Assembly (NCBI RefSeq): GCF_963921235.1 | Contig: NC_086097.1 | Coordinates: forward strand, 184,080,001 to 184,144,000 | Direction: 5' to 3' | Source of the DNA: Mobula hypostoma | Taxonomy: Eukaryota | DNA length: 64,000 nucleotides | In this document: in pieces, positions 24,357-38,053 of the stretch | Position numbering within the stretch: the first letter of the stretch is position 1 | Layout: every line of letters begins with the position of its first letter | Made by a program: the position numbers and the translations under genes | The notes under the pieces: model-generated | The model's input: only the letters and a program-made list of their open reading frames with translations | Databases searched by the model: none | What the model was told of the DNA's origin: nothing

Positions 24357-25244
24357 CCTTGGATTCCTGGCAGACCTTGGATCACGTTATCTATTGTTCT
24401 CTGTGGAATGTTCGGAATTCCTGCTATCCCAGATGGTAGTCTATTACTTTGGAACAGTCTAAGGTGGACATTCATTATTGAGTACTCCTCTCACCCTTTC
24501 TCTGACTTGTAACTATGTGATATGTTGAGGGTTTTGAAGATTGCCTTACTCCTGACTGAGAAAACAAATCATCAATCAGAAAGACGGGGATATCAATTTA
24601 CCTTTTTCTTTATTGATCACCTTGTCACCACAAATCCTAATAGTCCCATCTATCTTCACTACAGAAACAATCAGGGCAACCTATCAGGTAAAAACAGTTG
24701 AATGGCATCTCCTTCTGTAGTCTCATCAACTATAAGTCAAGCTTTTCTTTTGACACTAACTCACAGGTCATGCTGTGGAAAACTGAGGTGGAGCATTCTT
24801 TTTAGATGGATCTTGGCTTCAATATTTTGAATGCAGCCAAGTGTACCAAGAAATCCCTCTGGTACTCACCAAGCATAGCTGATACAGGTCCTTCATTCTC
24901 TCTACTGGTCTTACTTTATATTTACTAGCAATTCCAACTTACCAAATTTGGACAATTGTTCACATTTACCATTGTTAACTCATGCTTTGTACATACCCTT
25001 CACTTTGCTCCTATCCCTATTGTACGTACAAAGGACAATGGGTGATCTCTTCAGCTTCACTGTATCATATGCTTATTCTCAAATAAAGTACTAGCAACAT
25101 CTCCTTCCAATATCAATGGATTCTGATATATGGAATGGACCCAAATGAACACTCTTCCATTTTCCTTCTTTTACAGCTTCTCAGAACCAAGTATGATGTA
25201 TTTACACATCAGTTTTGTTGGCAGATGAGGCCAAAGTGGGAACT

Positions 25245-26015
25245 ACAAAGTACAAAGTAAATTTATAACTGAAGTACATATGTGTCACCACATAGAACCC
25301 TAAGATTTGTTTTCCTGAGGGCTTACTCAGTCAGGAACCATGAGAGAATCAATGAAAGACCACACCCAACTGACGGACAAATAACCAATGCGTAAAAGAC
25401 AGTAAACTGTGCAAATTCAAAAAAAAGAAATAAAAATAAACAAATAAGCAATAAATATCAAGAACATGAGATGAAGAGTTCTTGAAAGTGAGTCCATAGG
25501 TTGCGGGATCTCTTCAGCAAAGGAACAATTGAAGTTGAGTGAAGTTATCCCCTTTGGTTCAAGAGCCTGATGGTTGTGGGGCATTAATTGTTCCTGGACC
25601 TGGTGGTGTGAGTCCTGAGACTAAGGTTCCTGTATCTTCTTCCAAATGGTAGCAGCGAGAAGAGAGTATGTCCTGGGTGGTGGGGGTCCCTGATGATGGA
25701 TGCTGCTTTCTTGCAACAGAGCTCTGGGTGGATGTGCTCAAAGTTGGGGAGGGCTTTACCCATGACGGATTGGGCTTTGTCCACTACTTTATGCAGGATT
25801 TTCAATTTAGGGGCATTAGTATTTCCATACCAGGCTGTGATGCAACCAGTGAAGTTACTCTCCACCACACATCTGTAGAAGTTTGCCAAAGATTTAGGTG
25901 CTATGTCAAATCTTCACAAACTCTTAAGAAAATAGAGACACTGTTGTGCTTTCTTCATAATTACATTTACGTGCTGGGCCAAGGCAGGTCTTCCAAAATG
26001 ATAACGCAAAGAAAT
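25245..26015 (-). mobile_element. Rex1/Babar-like LINE 3' fragment
   Basis: NFYRCVVESNFTGCITAWYG..KAASIIRDPHHPGHTLFSLLP. Confidence 0.85.
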
Positions 26016-28510
26016 TACCCACTGCAGCAGAAGGGACTGCACCATCTTGTGAGGTGGTGTGCTTCATTCCCTTTTACTACAGAACTGCTGTGTGCTCCTG
26101 ATGAATGACACTGAGATTGACAATACAGTCCCTGATGATGCTTGAAGCATTTGAAGCAATCATGACTAGAGATTCCCAAAAGTTAGTGATGATGTTGATG
26201 TTTTTCAAGAAAGCTATGACCACATACTTGATTTTTCTCCTCTGTTTGCCTTGTAGTCTCTTCCAAAGACTGACCTTAGATTAATGTGTCAGCTCAGGCC
26301 TGGCGTAGGGCCTGTGGAGTTGTCTACTCAACATAGCTGACTAATTAGGGGTCTCATTGCTGAAGTTATTGGCCTGGAGGAGTTTTAAGTTTATTGTTCT
26401 CATGGGTATAAACACACAAGGTGGAACTGCTGATATTCAGATACACTTAATGCTCTAGTGAAAAATACCACCAATTACTGCTGGGGGGAAGCCCAATCAG
26501 AGCACAGCAGAGGGAGCTAGGTCAGTGCTACTGTAATTAGCTCTGAGGCTCAGCTAGGAAGAGTATAGTCAGAAGGAGTAATAATAACAAAAGACTCAAT
26601 TGTTAGAGAAAGAGACAGAAGATTCAGTGACCATGAATGGGGCTTCAGGATAGTGTGCGTCTCCTGGGTGCCAGGATTCAGTATGTTTTGGAGTAGGTGC
26701 AGAATATTCTCAACGGTGAAAGTGAGGTCTTGGTTAACGTTGGTACCAATGGCACAGGCAGAAAGGTAGAGAGGGTCTACGCAGAAAACGGGGAGTTAGG
26801 CAAGAGGCTGAAGAGTACAAACTTAAATATAGTTATCTCTGGTCCAACATCCTACTCAGGACAGAATAGAAAACTAGAACAGATGGATGTTAGCTAAGGA
26901 ACTGCTGCAGTGGTCAGAGTTTCAGATTCGTGGATCATTGTAAAGTTTTCTGGGTTAAGGATAATTTGTGTAAGCGGCACAATTTGCACCTTTATTGGAG
27001 GGGAACTAATATCCTGGTCAGAAGGTTTGTTAGCACTACCTCGGGGTTTAAGCTACCCTGGCAGGAGGATGGGAGCCTGAGCACCATGTCAGAATGTGGA
27101 CAAATTGAGAGGAAGGAAGATGTCATGACCAGTAAAAGTAGGCAAGAGCGAAGTAATGTACACAATGGGACAGATGTGTTGAAGAGCAGTAGTCACAACA
27201 GAGACTTGGTTTCAGAGAGTTACAGAAATGGATGCTTCAAGTTCTAGGTTTCAGTGTTTTAGAAAAAGAAAGGGTTAAAAGTGGTGGTGCTAATAATCAG
27301 GGACAATATCACAGCTGCTCTCAGAGAGGACATAATGGAGGCTCATTCACTGAGTCTCTGTGGGTAGAACTCAAAATGAATAAAGGTGCAATCACTCCAC
27401 TGGGTTTATACTACAATTGGGACATTGAGCAACAGGTATGCAGGCAGATTAGGGAGAGGGTGTAAAGTTAAGGGTTGTTGTAATAGGGTGACTTCAACCT
27501 CCCTAATAGAGACTGGAACCTCTTTAGTGTAAAAGGTTTTGATGGAACATAATTTGTTATGTGTATACTGAAGGGTTTCTTAAATCAACATGTAGATAGT
27601 CCAACAAGAGAAGGAGCCATACTGTATCTGGTGTTAGATAATGTGCATGGCCAGGTGACTGACCTATCAGCAGAACAGTTAGGTAACAATGACCACAACT
27701 CCTTACATGTTATGATAAATAAGTTAAGACTGGATCTTGTAGGAGAGGAGAAGGGCAAATTCCAAGAGAATTAGGCAGGGGCCAGGGAGGTTAAATTGGG
27801 AACAGCTGTTTTTGAACAAGTCCAAATCTGACATGGGGAGGCTGTTTAAACAACAACTGCACAGAGTACAGGACAGATATGTTCCAGTCAGAAGAAAGAA
27901 AAAGAATGGCAACGTCAGAGAACCTTGGATGTCGAGAGAAGTGGTAAATTTAGTCAAGGAAGAAAAGAAACGCATGTAAGGTTTAGGAAGTTAAGATCAA
28001 AGATCCCTTGGAGCCAAAAAAGTTCAAAGTTCAAAAGCTTAAAATAAATTTATTATCAAAGTACATATATGACATTTATTATCAAAGTACATATATAAAT
28101 ACAACCTGAAGATTCAGGGTTCAAGAAAGGAATTAAGAAAGCTAGGATGGGTCATCAAAAGAACTTAGTAATTAAGATTATAGAGAATTCTAAGGCTTTT
28201 TGTACATACATCAAGAGCAAGAGGATAACTAGGGAGTGGTAGCACCACTCAAGGTCAAAGAAGGGAATCAGTGGTTGGAGGTGGGAGATGCGCTTGAGAT
28301 CCTAAGTGAGTAATTTACAACAATGTTTACCAAGCGAAGGATATGGACGATAGTGAGATCAATGTGAAGAGGGCATTTCAACATGAAGAAGAAGGAAGTA
28401 GTGTTGGGGCAGTTAAGGAACATTGAGGTGGTTAAGTTCTCAGGCCTGATGGAATATTTCCCAGGTTATTGCGAGAGGCAAGAGATGAGATTGCTGGGGC
28501 CTTGTCCAAG

Positions 28511-28830
28511 GTAAAGCATAACGGTTAGTGCAACATTTTGCAGTGCCAGTGATCAGTCTTCAGGGTTCAATTCCAGCATCTGACAGCAAGTGTTTCCTCT
28601 GGGTGCTCTGGATTCCTCCCATATTCCATAGACGTATGGATTAGTTAGGGTTAGTAAGTTTTCAGCATGCTATGCTGGTGCTGGAAGCATGGCGACGCTA
28701 GCGGGCTGCACCAGTACGTCCTCAGACTGTGTTGGCCATTGATGCAAACAACACGTTTCACTGTTGGTTTTGATGTTTCAATATGCACCTGACAAATAAA
28801 AATAAACTAATCTAAAATAATCTAATCTAG
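28511..28830 (+). mobile_element. tRNA-derived V-SINE
   Basis: A-box-like taacggttagtg, B box GGTTCAATTCC (~28564), V-domain gggtgctctggattcctccca, AATAAA and taatc repeats. Confidence 0.75.
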
Positions 28831-29029
28831 TTAATCTAGTTCAAGATTCAAGATTGATTAATGTCATTTCCTGTACACAAGTGCAAGAAGAACAAAATAA
28901 TTGTTACTCCACGTCTGATGCAGATTCAGAAAACACCAAAGATAAAGAACACAATAATAATAATGATAATAATAACAATAAAACAACCACAATAAATATA
29001 AATACAGAAATAGCTCATTTACATAGATT

Positions 29030-29073
29030 TTAATATAATATAATATAATATAATATAATATAATATAATATAT
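29030..29073. repeat. (TAATATATAA)n AT-rich tandem repeat
   Basis: About 4 units visible. Confidence 0.85.
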
Positions 29074-29239
29074 TTGTGTCCTCTCTAGTCACAGGCAAGA
29101 TCATGGAGAACTGGCAAGTAGCTAATGTTGTTCCATTATTTAAGAAGGGAGGCAGGGATAATCTAGGAAGCTATAGACTGGTGAATCTCATGTTAGCATG
29201 TCAGTGTCAGGGAAATTATCGAAAGGGATTCTTAAGGAT

Positions 29240-29950
29240 AGATATTAAGGACAGCCAACAGTATGCTTTGATAATCCTTTACACTGTCCACAACTTTAAT
29301 AATCTTGGTGCCATCTGCATACTTTACCATCTACATTTTCACCTAAATAATTGATATGCAATATATCACAAACAACAGAGGACTCAGCGCAGATCCACTG
29401 GTCATCAATCTCCAGGCCAACTACCAGCCTTCCAGCACTCCTCTCTGTCTTTTATAGGCAAGCTAGTTCTTGCAATTTACCCTGAATCCCATGCATTTCT
29501 ACCTACTGAACCTGCTTACTCTGAGGGACCTTATCAAGTTCCTAACTAAAGTCCACGTCGGTAACATCCACTGCCTTACCCTCATCAAGGTCCTTTGTCA
29601 CCTCCGCAAAAAAACTCATTGAAACTTGTAAGCCTGGCATGTCCTGTGCAAAGCCATGCTGACTATCCCTAAGCAGGACATGCCATTCCAACTGCGCATA
29701 AGTCCTGTCCCTTAGTATCCTCTGGTAAAGCTTCCTTTCTACTGACGTGAGGCTCACTGGCCTATACTTACCTGCATTATCTCCATTTTCCTGAACAAAG
29801 ACACACAATTTCCTGCTCTGCAGTCCTCTGGAACCTTGCCTCTTGGTAGTGAGGACATAAAGATTTTTGTCAAAGCCTCAGCAATCTCCACATTTGCTTC
29901 TGTCAATATGCTGAGATATATGTCTACAGGCTTGGGACTTATCCACTTGA
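29240..29950 (-). mobile_element. Old CR1 RT remnant; probably continues at 33021-34900
   Basis: KYRPVSLTSV..DSQHGF..DEGKAVDV. Confidence 0.75.
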
Positions 29951-29952
29951 TT

Positions 29953-32900
29953 GAACCATAGAACCATAAAACATTACAGCACAGAAACAGGCCTTTTGGC
30001 CCTTCTTGGCTGTGCCGAACCACTTTTCTGCCTAGTCCCACTGACCTGCACCTGGACCATATCCCTCCATACACCTCCCATCCATGTACCTGTCCAATTT
30101 ATTCTTAAATGTTAAAAGTGAGTTACCACTTCATCTGGCAGCTCATTCCACACTCCCACCACTCTCTGTGTGAAGAAGCCCCCGCTAATGTCCTTTTTAA
30201 AATTTTCCCCTTCACCCTTAACCCATGTCCTCTGGTTTTTTTCTCCCTTTGCCTCAGTGGAAAAAGCCTGCTTGCATTCACTCTATCTATACCCATCATA
30301 ATTTTATATATCTCTATCAAATCTCCCCTCATTCTTCTACACTCCAGGGAATAAAGTCCTAACCTATTCAACCTTTCTCTGTAACTCAGTTTCTTAAGTC
30401 CCAGCAACATCTTTGTAAACCTTCTCTGCACTCTTTCAACCTTATTAATATCCTTCCTGTAATTTGGTGACCAAAACTACACACAATACTCCAAATTTGG
30501 TCTCACCAATGTCTTATACAACCTCACCAAAACATTCCAACTCTTATACTCAATACTTTGATTTATAAAGGCCAATGTACCAAAAGCTCTCTTTACGACC
30601 CTATCTACCTGTGACGCCACTTTTAGGGAATTTTGTATCTGTATTCCCAGATCCCTCTGTTCCACTGCACTCCTCAGTGCCTTACCATTAACCCTGTATG
30701 TTCTACCTTGGTTTGTCCTTCCAAAGTGCAATACTTCACACTTGTCTGTATTAAACTCCATCTGCCATTTTTCAGCCCATTTTTCCAGCTGGTCCAAGTC
30801 CCTCTGCAAGCCTTGAAAACCTTCCTCACTGTCCACTACACCTCCAATCTTTGTATCATCAGCAAATTTGATGATCCAATTTACCACATTATCACCCAGA
30901 TCATTGATATAGATGACAAATAACAATGGACCCAGCACTGATCCCTGTGGCACACCACTAGTTACAGGCTTCCACTCAGAGAAGCAATCCTCCACTACCA
31001 CTCTCTGGCTTCTTCCATTGAGCCAATGTCTAATCCAATTTACCACCTCTCCATGTATACCTAGCGACTGAATTTTCCTAACTAACCTTCCATGCGGGAC
31101 CTTGTCAAAGGCAATATAGAAGTCCATGTAGACAATATCCACCGCCTTCCCTTCATTCACTTTCCTGGTAACCTCCTCAAAAAACTCTAATAGATTGGTT
31201 AAACATGACCTACCACGCACAAAGCCATGTTGACTCCCCCTAATAAGTCCCTGTCTATCCAAATACTTGTAGATCCTATCTGTCAGTACTCTTTCCAATA
31301 ATTTACCTACTACCAACGTCAAACTTACCGGCCTATAATTTCCCGGATTACTTTTAGAGCCTTTTTTAAACAACGGAACAACATGAGCTATCCTCCGATC
31401 CTCCAGCACCTCACCCGTAGATACTGACATTTTAAATATATCTGCCAGGGCCCCTGCAATTTTAACACTAGTCTCCTTCAAGGTCTGAGGGAATACCCTG
31501 TCAGGTCCTGGGGATCTATCTACTCTGATTTGCCTCAAGATAGCAAGCACCTCCTCCTCCTCAATCTGTATAGGTTCCATGACCTCACTACTTGTTTGCC
31601 TTATTTCCATTGACTCCATGCCAGTTTCCTTAGTAAATACAGACGCAAAAAAACCATTTAAGATCTCCCCCATTTCTTTTGGTCCCATACATAGCCAACC
31701 ACTCTGATCTTCAAGAGGACCAATTTTATCCCCTACTATTCTTTTGCTCTTAATACACCTGTAGAAGCTCTTTGGATTATCCTTCACCTTGACTGCCAAA
31801 GCAACCTCATGTCTTCTTTTAGCACTTCTGATTTCTTTCTTGAGTATTTTTTTTGCACTTTTTATACTCCTCAAGCACCTTATTTGCTTCCTGTTTCCTA
31901 TACATGTCATACATCACTGTCTTCTTCTTTATCAGAGTTGCAATATCCCTTGAGAACCAAGGTTCCTTATTCTTATTCACTTCGCCTTTAATCTGACAGG
32001 AACATACAAACTCTGCACTCTCAAAATTTCTCCTTTGAAGGCCTCCCACTTACCAATCACATCCTTGCCAGAGAACAACCTGTCCCAATCCACGCTTTTT
32101 AGATCCTTCCTCATTTCTTCAAATTTGGTCTTTTTCCAGTTTAGAATGTCAACCCAAGGACCAGATCTATCTTTATCCATGATCAAGTTGAAACTAATGG
32201 TGTTATGATCACTGGAACCAAAGTGTTCCCCTACACAAACTTCCGTAACCCGTCCTAACTCGTTTCCTAATAGGAGATCTAATGTTGCATCCTCTCTAGT
32301 TAGTACCTCTATATGTTGATTTAGAAAACTTTCCTGAACGCATTGTACAAATTCTAACCCGTTTAGACCTTTAACAGTATGGGGGTCCCAATCAATATTT
32401 GGAAAATTAAAATCCCCTACTACCACAACTTTATGTTTCCTGCAGTTGTCTGTTATCTCTCTGCAGATTTTCTCCTTCAGTTCTCGCTATTGGGTGGTCT
32501 ATAATACAATCCCATTAATGTGGTCATACCTTTCCTGTTTCTCAGCTCCACCCATATGGCCTCGGTAGACAAGCCCGCTAATCTGTCCTGCCTGAGCACT
32601 GCTGTAACATTTTCCCTGACAAGCATTGCTTACCCCCCACCTTTCATTCCTCTGCCTCGATCACATCTGAAACATCGGAACCCTGGAACATTAGGCTGCC
32701 AGTCCTGCCCCTCCTGCAGCCAAGTTTCACTAATGGCTATAATGTTGTAATTCCATGTGTCAATCCACGCCCTCAGCTCATCTGCCTTCCCCACAATATT
32801 CCTTGCATTGAAATAGACACACCTCAGAAGATTATTACCACCACACACAACCCTTCTAATTGTGACTTTGCATGAACTTTTAGCATCATTTATTTTCACC

Positions 32901-33020
32901 CCCGCTCCACTATCTGCTCTGGCACTCTGATTCCCATCCCCTTGCAAATCTAGTTTAAACCCTCCCCAAAAGCACTAACAAACCTCCCTGCAAGGATATT
33001 GGTCCCCTTGTAGTTCAGGT
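29953..33020 (-). mobile_element. CR1 (second family) with full-length but frameshifted ORF2; truncated ~60 nt into the ORF1 3' end
   Basis: ORF pieces 32630-32947, 31977-32426, 30477-31910 and 30123-30431 cover APE to C-terminus; repeat tail at 29953. Confidence 0.95.
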
Positions 33021-34900
33021 TTTCAGATGACCCAGCACTGCTTTCTCCTTAATCTCACCTCCTTCTCCTTGGTAAATATTAATGCCAAGTACTCATCTCA
33101 TTTAGTACCTCAGCCACTTGCTGTGACTCAAAGTACAAATTCTTCCTGGTAGCCCTGAGTGGATCTACCCTCTTTTTATTTACATATTTTTCTAAGTAAA
33201 GTTTAAAATGTCCTAGTATTCAGCTTGATGCTGCTCACCAAGAACATTTCATGGCCCCTTTTGGATATCCTAATTGCCTGCTTGAGCACTTTCCTGTTAT
33301 CTTTATATTCTATAAGGGCCCAATCTTATTTTAGCGTCCATATGTTTGCTTCCTTTTTTCTTCCTGACTATATTTAACACCCCTCAGGTCATCCAAGGTT
33401 CCCTTACCTTACCATCCTTGTCCTTACTCCCTGCTGATTATGAACTCTGATCAGCTGTTCTTTAAACGTATCTCTTGTGTCGGACGTGGCCTTGGCTGAC
33501 CGTGGCTGCTCCCAGTCAATGCTGCTTAGCTCCTGTCGTAACCTCCTTCCTCCCGTTTAGTACCTTCCCACAAGATCCAGTTTTACCTTTACTCATAATT
33601 ACCTTAAGGCACAATGAGTTGTGGTCACTATTCCCAAATGTATGCCCACTATCACGGTCCTGTATGTTTTACTTTCCATATAGTTTCTGGAACCCCTCCT
33701 GGCACTACCAAAGAAATGCCACCCAATTTAAAGAAGTTACAATCAATTTTGTGAATGTTATTGTCTCCACTCTGACAACCCTGCTGTTTCTGCACTCTCT
33801 CATAACTTGCCCACATAGTCTATAGTATAATCTCATCATCATGATTGCATCACATAGCATATAGTATAATCCCATCATCATGATTGCATCTTTCTTATTT
33901 TGGGGTTCCACCTTGAGCCTGTGCTGCTGAGTACCCTCTGGGATCTGTTGTGACATTCTCAATAGTACAACCCCTCCACCCCTTTTAACCCCCTCTCTAT
34001 CCCATCCAGCACAATTAAAACTAGAAATGCTGAGCAACCAGTCCCTCATGCAACCAGATTTCTGTAATGGCACCAACATCATAAACTCAATGTACTGACC
34101 CAGCTCTGAGTTCAGCCTCTTTACCCATAATATTCCAATCATTGAAACAAACACATTTTAACCCATTGGTCCCACCATGTTTATTAGCCTGTCCCTTGCA
34201 GTCCTTCCTTTCAGTCCACCTGCACTGAAGCGAGCCCTATAATCCATAACTCTGAAGTGCTCCTGCATGCACAGGCTTCTCAGTCACATCTGGGATTGTA
34301 CTACGTACCTATTTCTCAGCTGACCAGCACGTGGCATGGGAGTGTTGGGTTTTTAATATTTTAGTTCTATGTGAGTAATCTGGTATAAATATTGCTTGCT
34401 TAAGCAGTCTTGTTAACTTAAATGATTAATTACAGGTTATATGTAAAAATATTTGAATTGCATATGTCCTCATGCTACCACACAAAGTAAACATGAAGCT
34501 AGATCTGCATTTTCAGACTCCTGTCTCATCTTCTGAATTAGTTTAATGTTTTGAAGTTACAAAACATAATAGATAGAAATCTTGAGATGACACTGCCGTG
34601 GAAATCCTGCTTTTTAACTTTCTAGCTCTCTAAAATCCCTTTGCAGGACCTTATCCCTGCTCCTGCCTATATCATAAGACCACAACCTCTGAGTCTTCAC
34701 CCTTCCCACTCAGGATGTCCTCCATCTGCTGCAAGACATCCTTGAGCTTGGTACCAGTGAGATAACACACTATCCTGGAGCGTTGATTGTGATCACAGAA
34801 AGGTCCAACAGCCCCCTTACTATCAAGTCTTGTATCATTATCATGGTGCCTGAATTCACTGTTCCTCAACTTGTTCAGATTTGCCACTAACCCAGCTACT
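33021..34900 (-). mobile_element. Old CR1 ORF1/APE remnants
   Basis: KRGGGVVLL, VEPQNKKDAI, IVCYLTGTK..DILSGKGE; ~39-bp local tandem duplication at 33813-33890. Confidence 0.7.
34343..34571 (+). mobile_element. Solo LTR related to the 19653-24356 Gypsy family
   Basis: Similar to 19653-19896; flanks gggag/gatag fit a degenerate 5-bp TSD of the CR1 motif ggtag. Confidence 0.8.
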
Positions 34901-35059
34901 GGTGCTGGCCTCTGAAAGGTCATCTCTCCAAAGTAAGCAAAGGGGTAAACCAGCTACCGAGGAGAATGGCCACGTTCTGCATCCTCCACTTAATACTCCT
35001 GGTGATCACCCATCCATCTGTAGCCGACAGCTGAGGTGCAACCACTTCACTAAAACTCT

Positions 35060-35590
35060 CATCCTGAGTACATGCCCTCTGCACTTCAAGTTCCTTGTGC
35101 TGGTCGTCTTTACAGATGGAGATCCAGGGTGTGGAGCCTTCCGTTGCTGGGTCAATTCAAACACTGGCCCAGATAGACTGAAAAGCCAGGATGTCAGACA
35201 GGACAAGAGCCCATTTCACTTGCTCTCCGCGATGGTTACTCCACTCTCCATGGCGCTGAGGCTATGAAGACTGCTCCAGCTGCTGTGCTCCATGCCCACT
35301 AATATGATGAGCTGATAAGCAAGCCTTTGGGCCTACTCCAGGCTGCTCCTGGTTCAGATCTGAGGACTCAGTTTTGGTTTGGAATGCTGTTCTTATTCAC
35401 TGCAATTGTTTGCATGATTTTTTTTCCCTTCCTCTTGCATATCAAGTGCTGGTGTTTTATTTCTTATTTTTATTCTTTTTTTTGAATTGGGTTATTTCAG
35501 GTTTCTTACTTTGTGGCTACCTGTGAGCAAGCAAATCTCAAGATTGTATTATTTATACATTATTTGATAATAAACTAATCTTGAATCTTG
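35060..35590 (+). mobile_element. Non-autonomous retroelement with Rex1-like 3' tail
   Basis: Ends cctgtgagcaagcaaatctcaag..AATAAA..cttgaatcttg, like the Rex1-like tails elsewhere in the window. Confidence 0.5.
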
Positions 35591-37768
35591 TTGATGCAAC
35601 TGGGTACACTTTCCACTGATGAAGCCTTGAGGGAGACTACAAGATTCCTTGATTTCCCACATTTTTCAGAAGGAGCATTACCATTTTGTCTATAGTAAGT
35701 CAAAGGTCATGGATCAACATGAGAATAAAAACCTTGATCAATACACACAAAATACCAGAGAAGTTCAGTGGATCAGGCAGTATCTATGGATGAAACTGAA
35801 TCATCAAAGTTTTCGGCCAAGACACTTCAAGGGACCTGTTGAATAAAAACTTTATCTGTTCTTACATGTGCTTCACCTCACTGAAGCTTCATTTCCTCAC
35901 TCTTAAATTGGCCCATACTTCCAGTGGCTACCCTACATTCATTTTATTGGCTTAGTTGTCAAACACACACAATTTGTCAATAAAATTCCTAGGCATTGCA
36001 TTCAGGCTCCCAGAACCTTTAGGCTATTAGGCTGAAGACCTCAGCTCCCTGTGGATATGCTATACCCCAGTTTTTCTCTTTCTTTGCTGATACCCCAAGT
36101 ATAGAGGCTACTCCCAAAACCAGCTGCAACTTCAATTAAACTTCACTTTAAGAGGTGGAAACTGGCTCTGAGTTGTGCATTCCAGCGTTAATTTATGCTG
36201 GCAAACAAACTGTGCACTGTTTGCAATCTTGGCTGGATTGCAATTCCAGTGCCATTTTTTTGTGGCTTATACAATTTAGGCACCAATATTTTGTTAAAGA
36301 AAACTTCTGCGATGCTTTTTTGATAGATTTGCTGTTAGTTCCATAGACATATAACCTTCAGCTGAACCATTCCATCTGAAGTGCAAGTAAAACTTTTGGA
36401 GAAAGATAAAGTGGGTGTGTGGGAGACTTCTGCTTTGTCTCATGTTCTGATATCTCTGAAATGTGGTCCATATGCAGTTCTCAGTAAGCATGAGTGAACA
36501 TACTTCAAAATCAAAGTAGCTCTATTTCCAACTTGGGAAAGGGTGGGAATGGAGTAAATGAGCAAAAGAAGCACATCAAAGGACTTAAACCTTAAAGTCA
36601 AATCTGAATGCTCACTCATATTTAGTCCTGAAGTTTATTTCAAAATAATCTCTCTAACGAGAAAGAGGAATGGGAACTGGAGAGTGTTGAATATATTAAA
36701 CATTTCTCACAATGATAAGGGTCACAGTTTTTAAGAAGCATGAAAGGAACGAAAAGAGTTTCACTGGTTTATGCGATGTTTTGTGTACAATTTAGAATTC
36801 TCAGTGTGATTATAGAAGTTATGATATCAAAGATAGTAATCCACACTTGAACAGCTTTGGGGATATCCCATTCTCTCCCTTTTGGAGTACCAAGTTATTT
36901 ATTACCTACCATCTCCTGTCCAATGAGGGTACTTGAAGAGTCTGACAGATAATTTGGGGCAAGGCTGGAGTGTCTGTATAAAGGTGTAAGGACAGATCAT
37001 TAGTCATCTTATTCCTCATATAAAAGTATTAGAAGTATTATTTAAATAAAAAGTAATACTATTCAAGGCTATAAAGTTTAATGCGTTTTCCATTGATTTT
37101 CTGCCTCAAGATTATTTGAATATGATTTCCAATAAGAAAATTTAATCCTTGCAAGCTTTAATTCCATGTGCTACCCCAAATGACAATGGAATACAAACAA
37201 GAAAATAAGTCCTAAAGATGTTTATTACTCTTCATTGAAGAGGAGAGAAATATGTTGGTCAGGCAATTCCATGTCTTTCGTGTTACTGTGCCTTTACAAG
37301 CTCTTACACTTGTAGCTAACTGTGAGCTTTGCCTAAGTGGCATTTAAGTGTCCAGAATTCAGGAGGCAGCCAGCTGCTTACTGTCACTTAAGCCCTTATG
37401 GGAAAAATGTGCCTGTTTCCTCTGGCAGTTACTGCTCAGATAAGAATGAGTTACAGTTTGCATCTCTGCTGCAGACAACTGGGCAGCCTTGTCCTGCTTC
37501 TGCAAACCAACATTTTCAGTCATCTGAGAAACCTGACAAAAAGATTCATTGGACTAGCATTCCTGAGAGGATGCCTGATCCTCAGAAGATCTATTTGTAA
37601 TGCTATTGGGACTGGGGTTGTTTCTGAAAGGCCTCACTTCTGCCTTTGTCATGTTGCCGCACTCATTTCCATTCTGCTACATGTCACCATTATATTAGCA
37701 AGCTTCGTTTTGTGGCAAAGGATCCACATTTGTAGCTTAAAAATTCTATTCTCTCTCAGACTTCAAAC

Positions 37769-37799
37769 CTCAGGATGCTTGAATTGTTGAACTTTGATT
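37769..37799 (-). CDS. Putative 31-bp coding microexon of host gene B ((R)IKVQQFKHPE)
   Basis: Acceptor tctttgaattgctaacAG; phase 2 in, phase 0 out bridges the neighbouring exons; weak donor GAG|GTTTGA (read-through gives V-stop). Confidence 0.5.
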
Positions 37800-37959
37800 C
37801 TGTTAGCAATTCAAAGACATGCAGAGGAAAAATAAAGACAAACTTGGAAACAAAATCTATTTAAAAGCACAAACAACAGGAATTCTGCAGATGCTGGAAA
37901 TTCACATCAAAGTTGCTGGTGAACGCAGCAGGCCAGGGAGCATCTCTAGGAAGAGGTGC

Positions 37960-37995
37960 AGTCGACGCTTCAGGCCGAGACCCTTCGTCAGGACT
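37960..37995 (-). ncRNA. Minimal hammerhead motif, core variant
   Basis: agtc-CTGACGA-a-gggtctcggcct-GAAGC-GTC-gact (GAAA changed to GAAG). Confidence 0.7.
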
Positions 37996-38017
37996 CTTAC
38001 TCACTCTTCCTTCAGTT

Positions 38018-38053
38018 GGTCCTGATGAAGGGTCTCGGCCTGAAACATCGACT
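38018..38053 (+). ncRNA. Minimal type I hammerhead ribozyme motif
   Basis: ggtc-CTGATGA-a-gggt(ctcg)gcct-GAAAC-ATC-gact. Confidence 0.8.

Larger units (their letters stand above)
26470..29240 (+). mobile_element. Old CR1 (ORF1 esterase, APE, linker), heavily mutated, with nested SINE/LINE tails
   Basis: VNVGTN, NLHLYWRGTNIL, ESLWVEL, PTREGAIL, WQVANVVPLFKKG. Confidence 0.8.

Noticed and set aside
19648..24361. 5-bp TSD for the Gypsy element (cctat / ccttg)
   Set aside because: Only 3 of 5 match; compatible with age but not usable as evidence.
28511..28580. tRNA gene (A and B boxes)
   Set aside because: No cloverleaf; continues into a V-domain and LINE-like tail, so it is a SINE head.
36360..36457. 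Alternative terminal exon on - (ISEHETKQKSPTHPLYLSPKVLLALQMEWFS*) after atttcAG
   Set aside because: Needs a phase-1 junction, which neither upstream exon provides; no other support.
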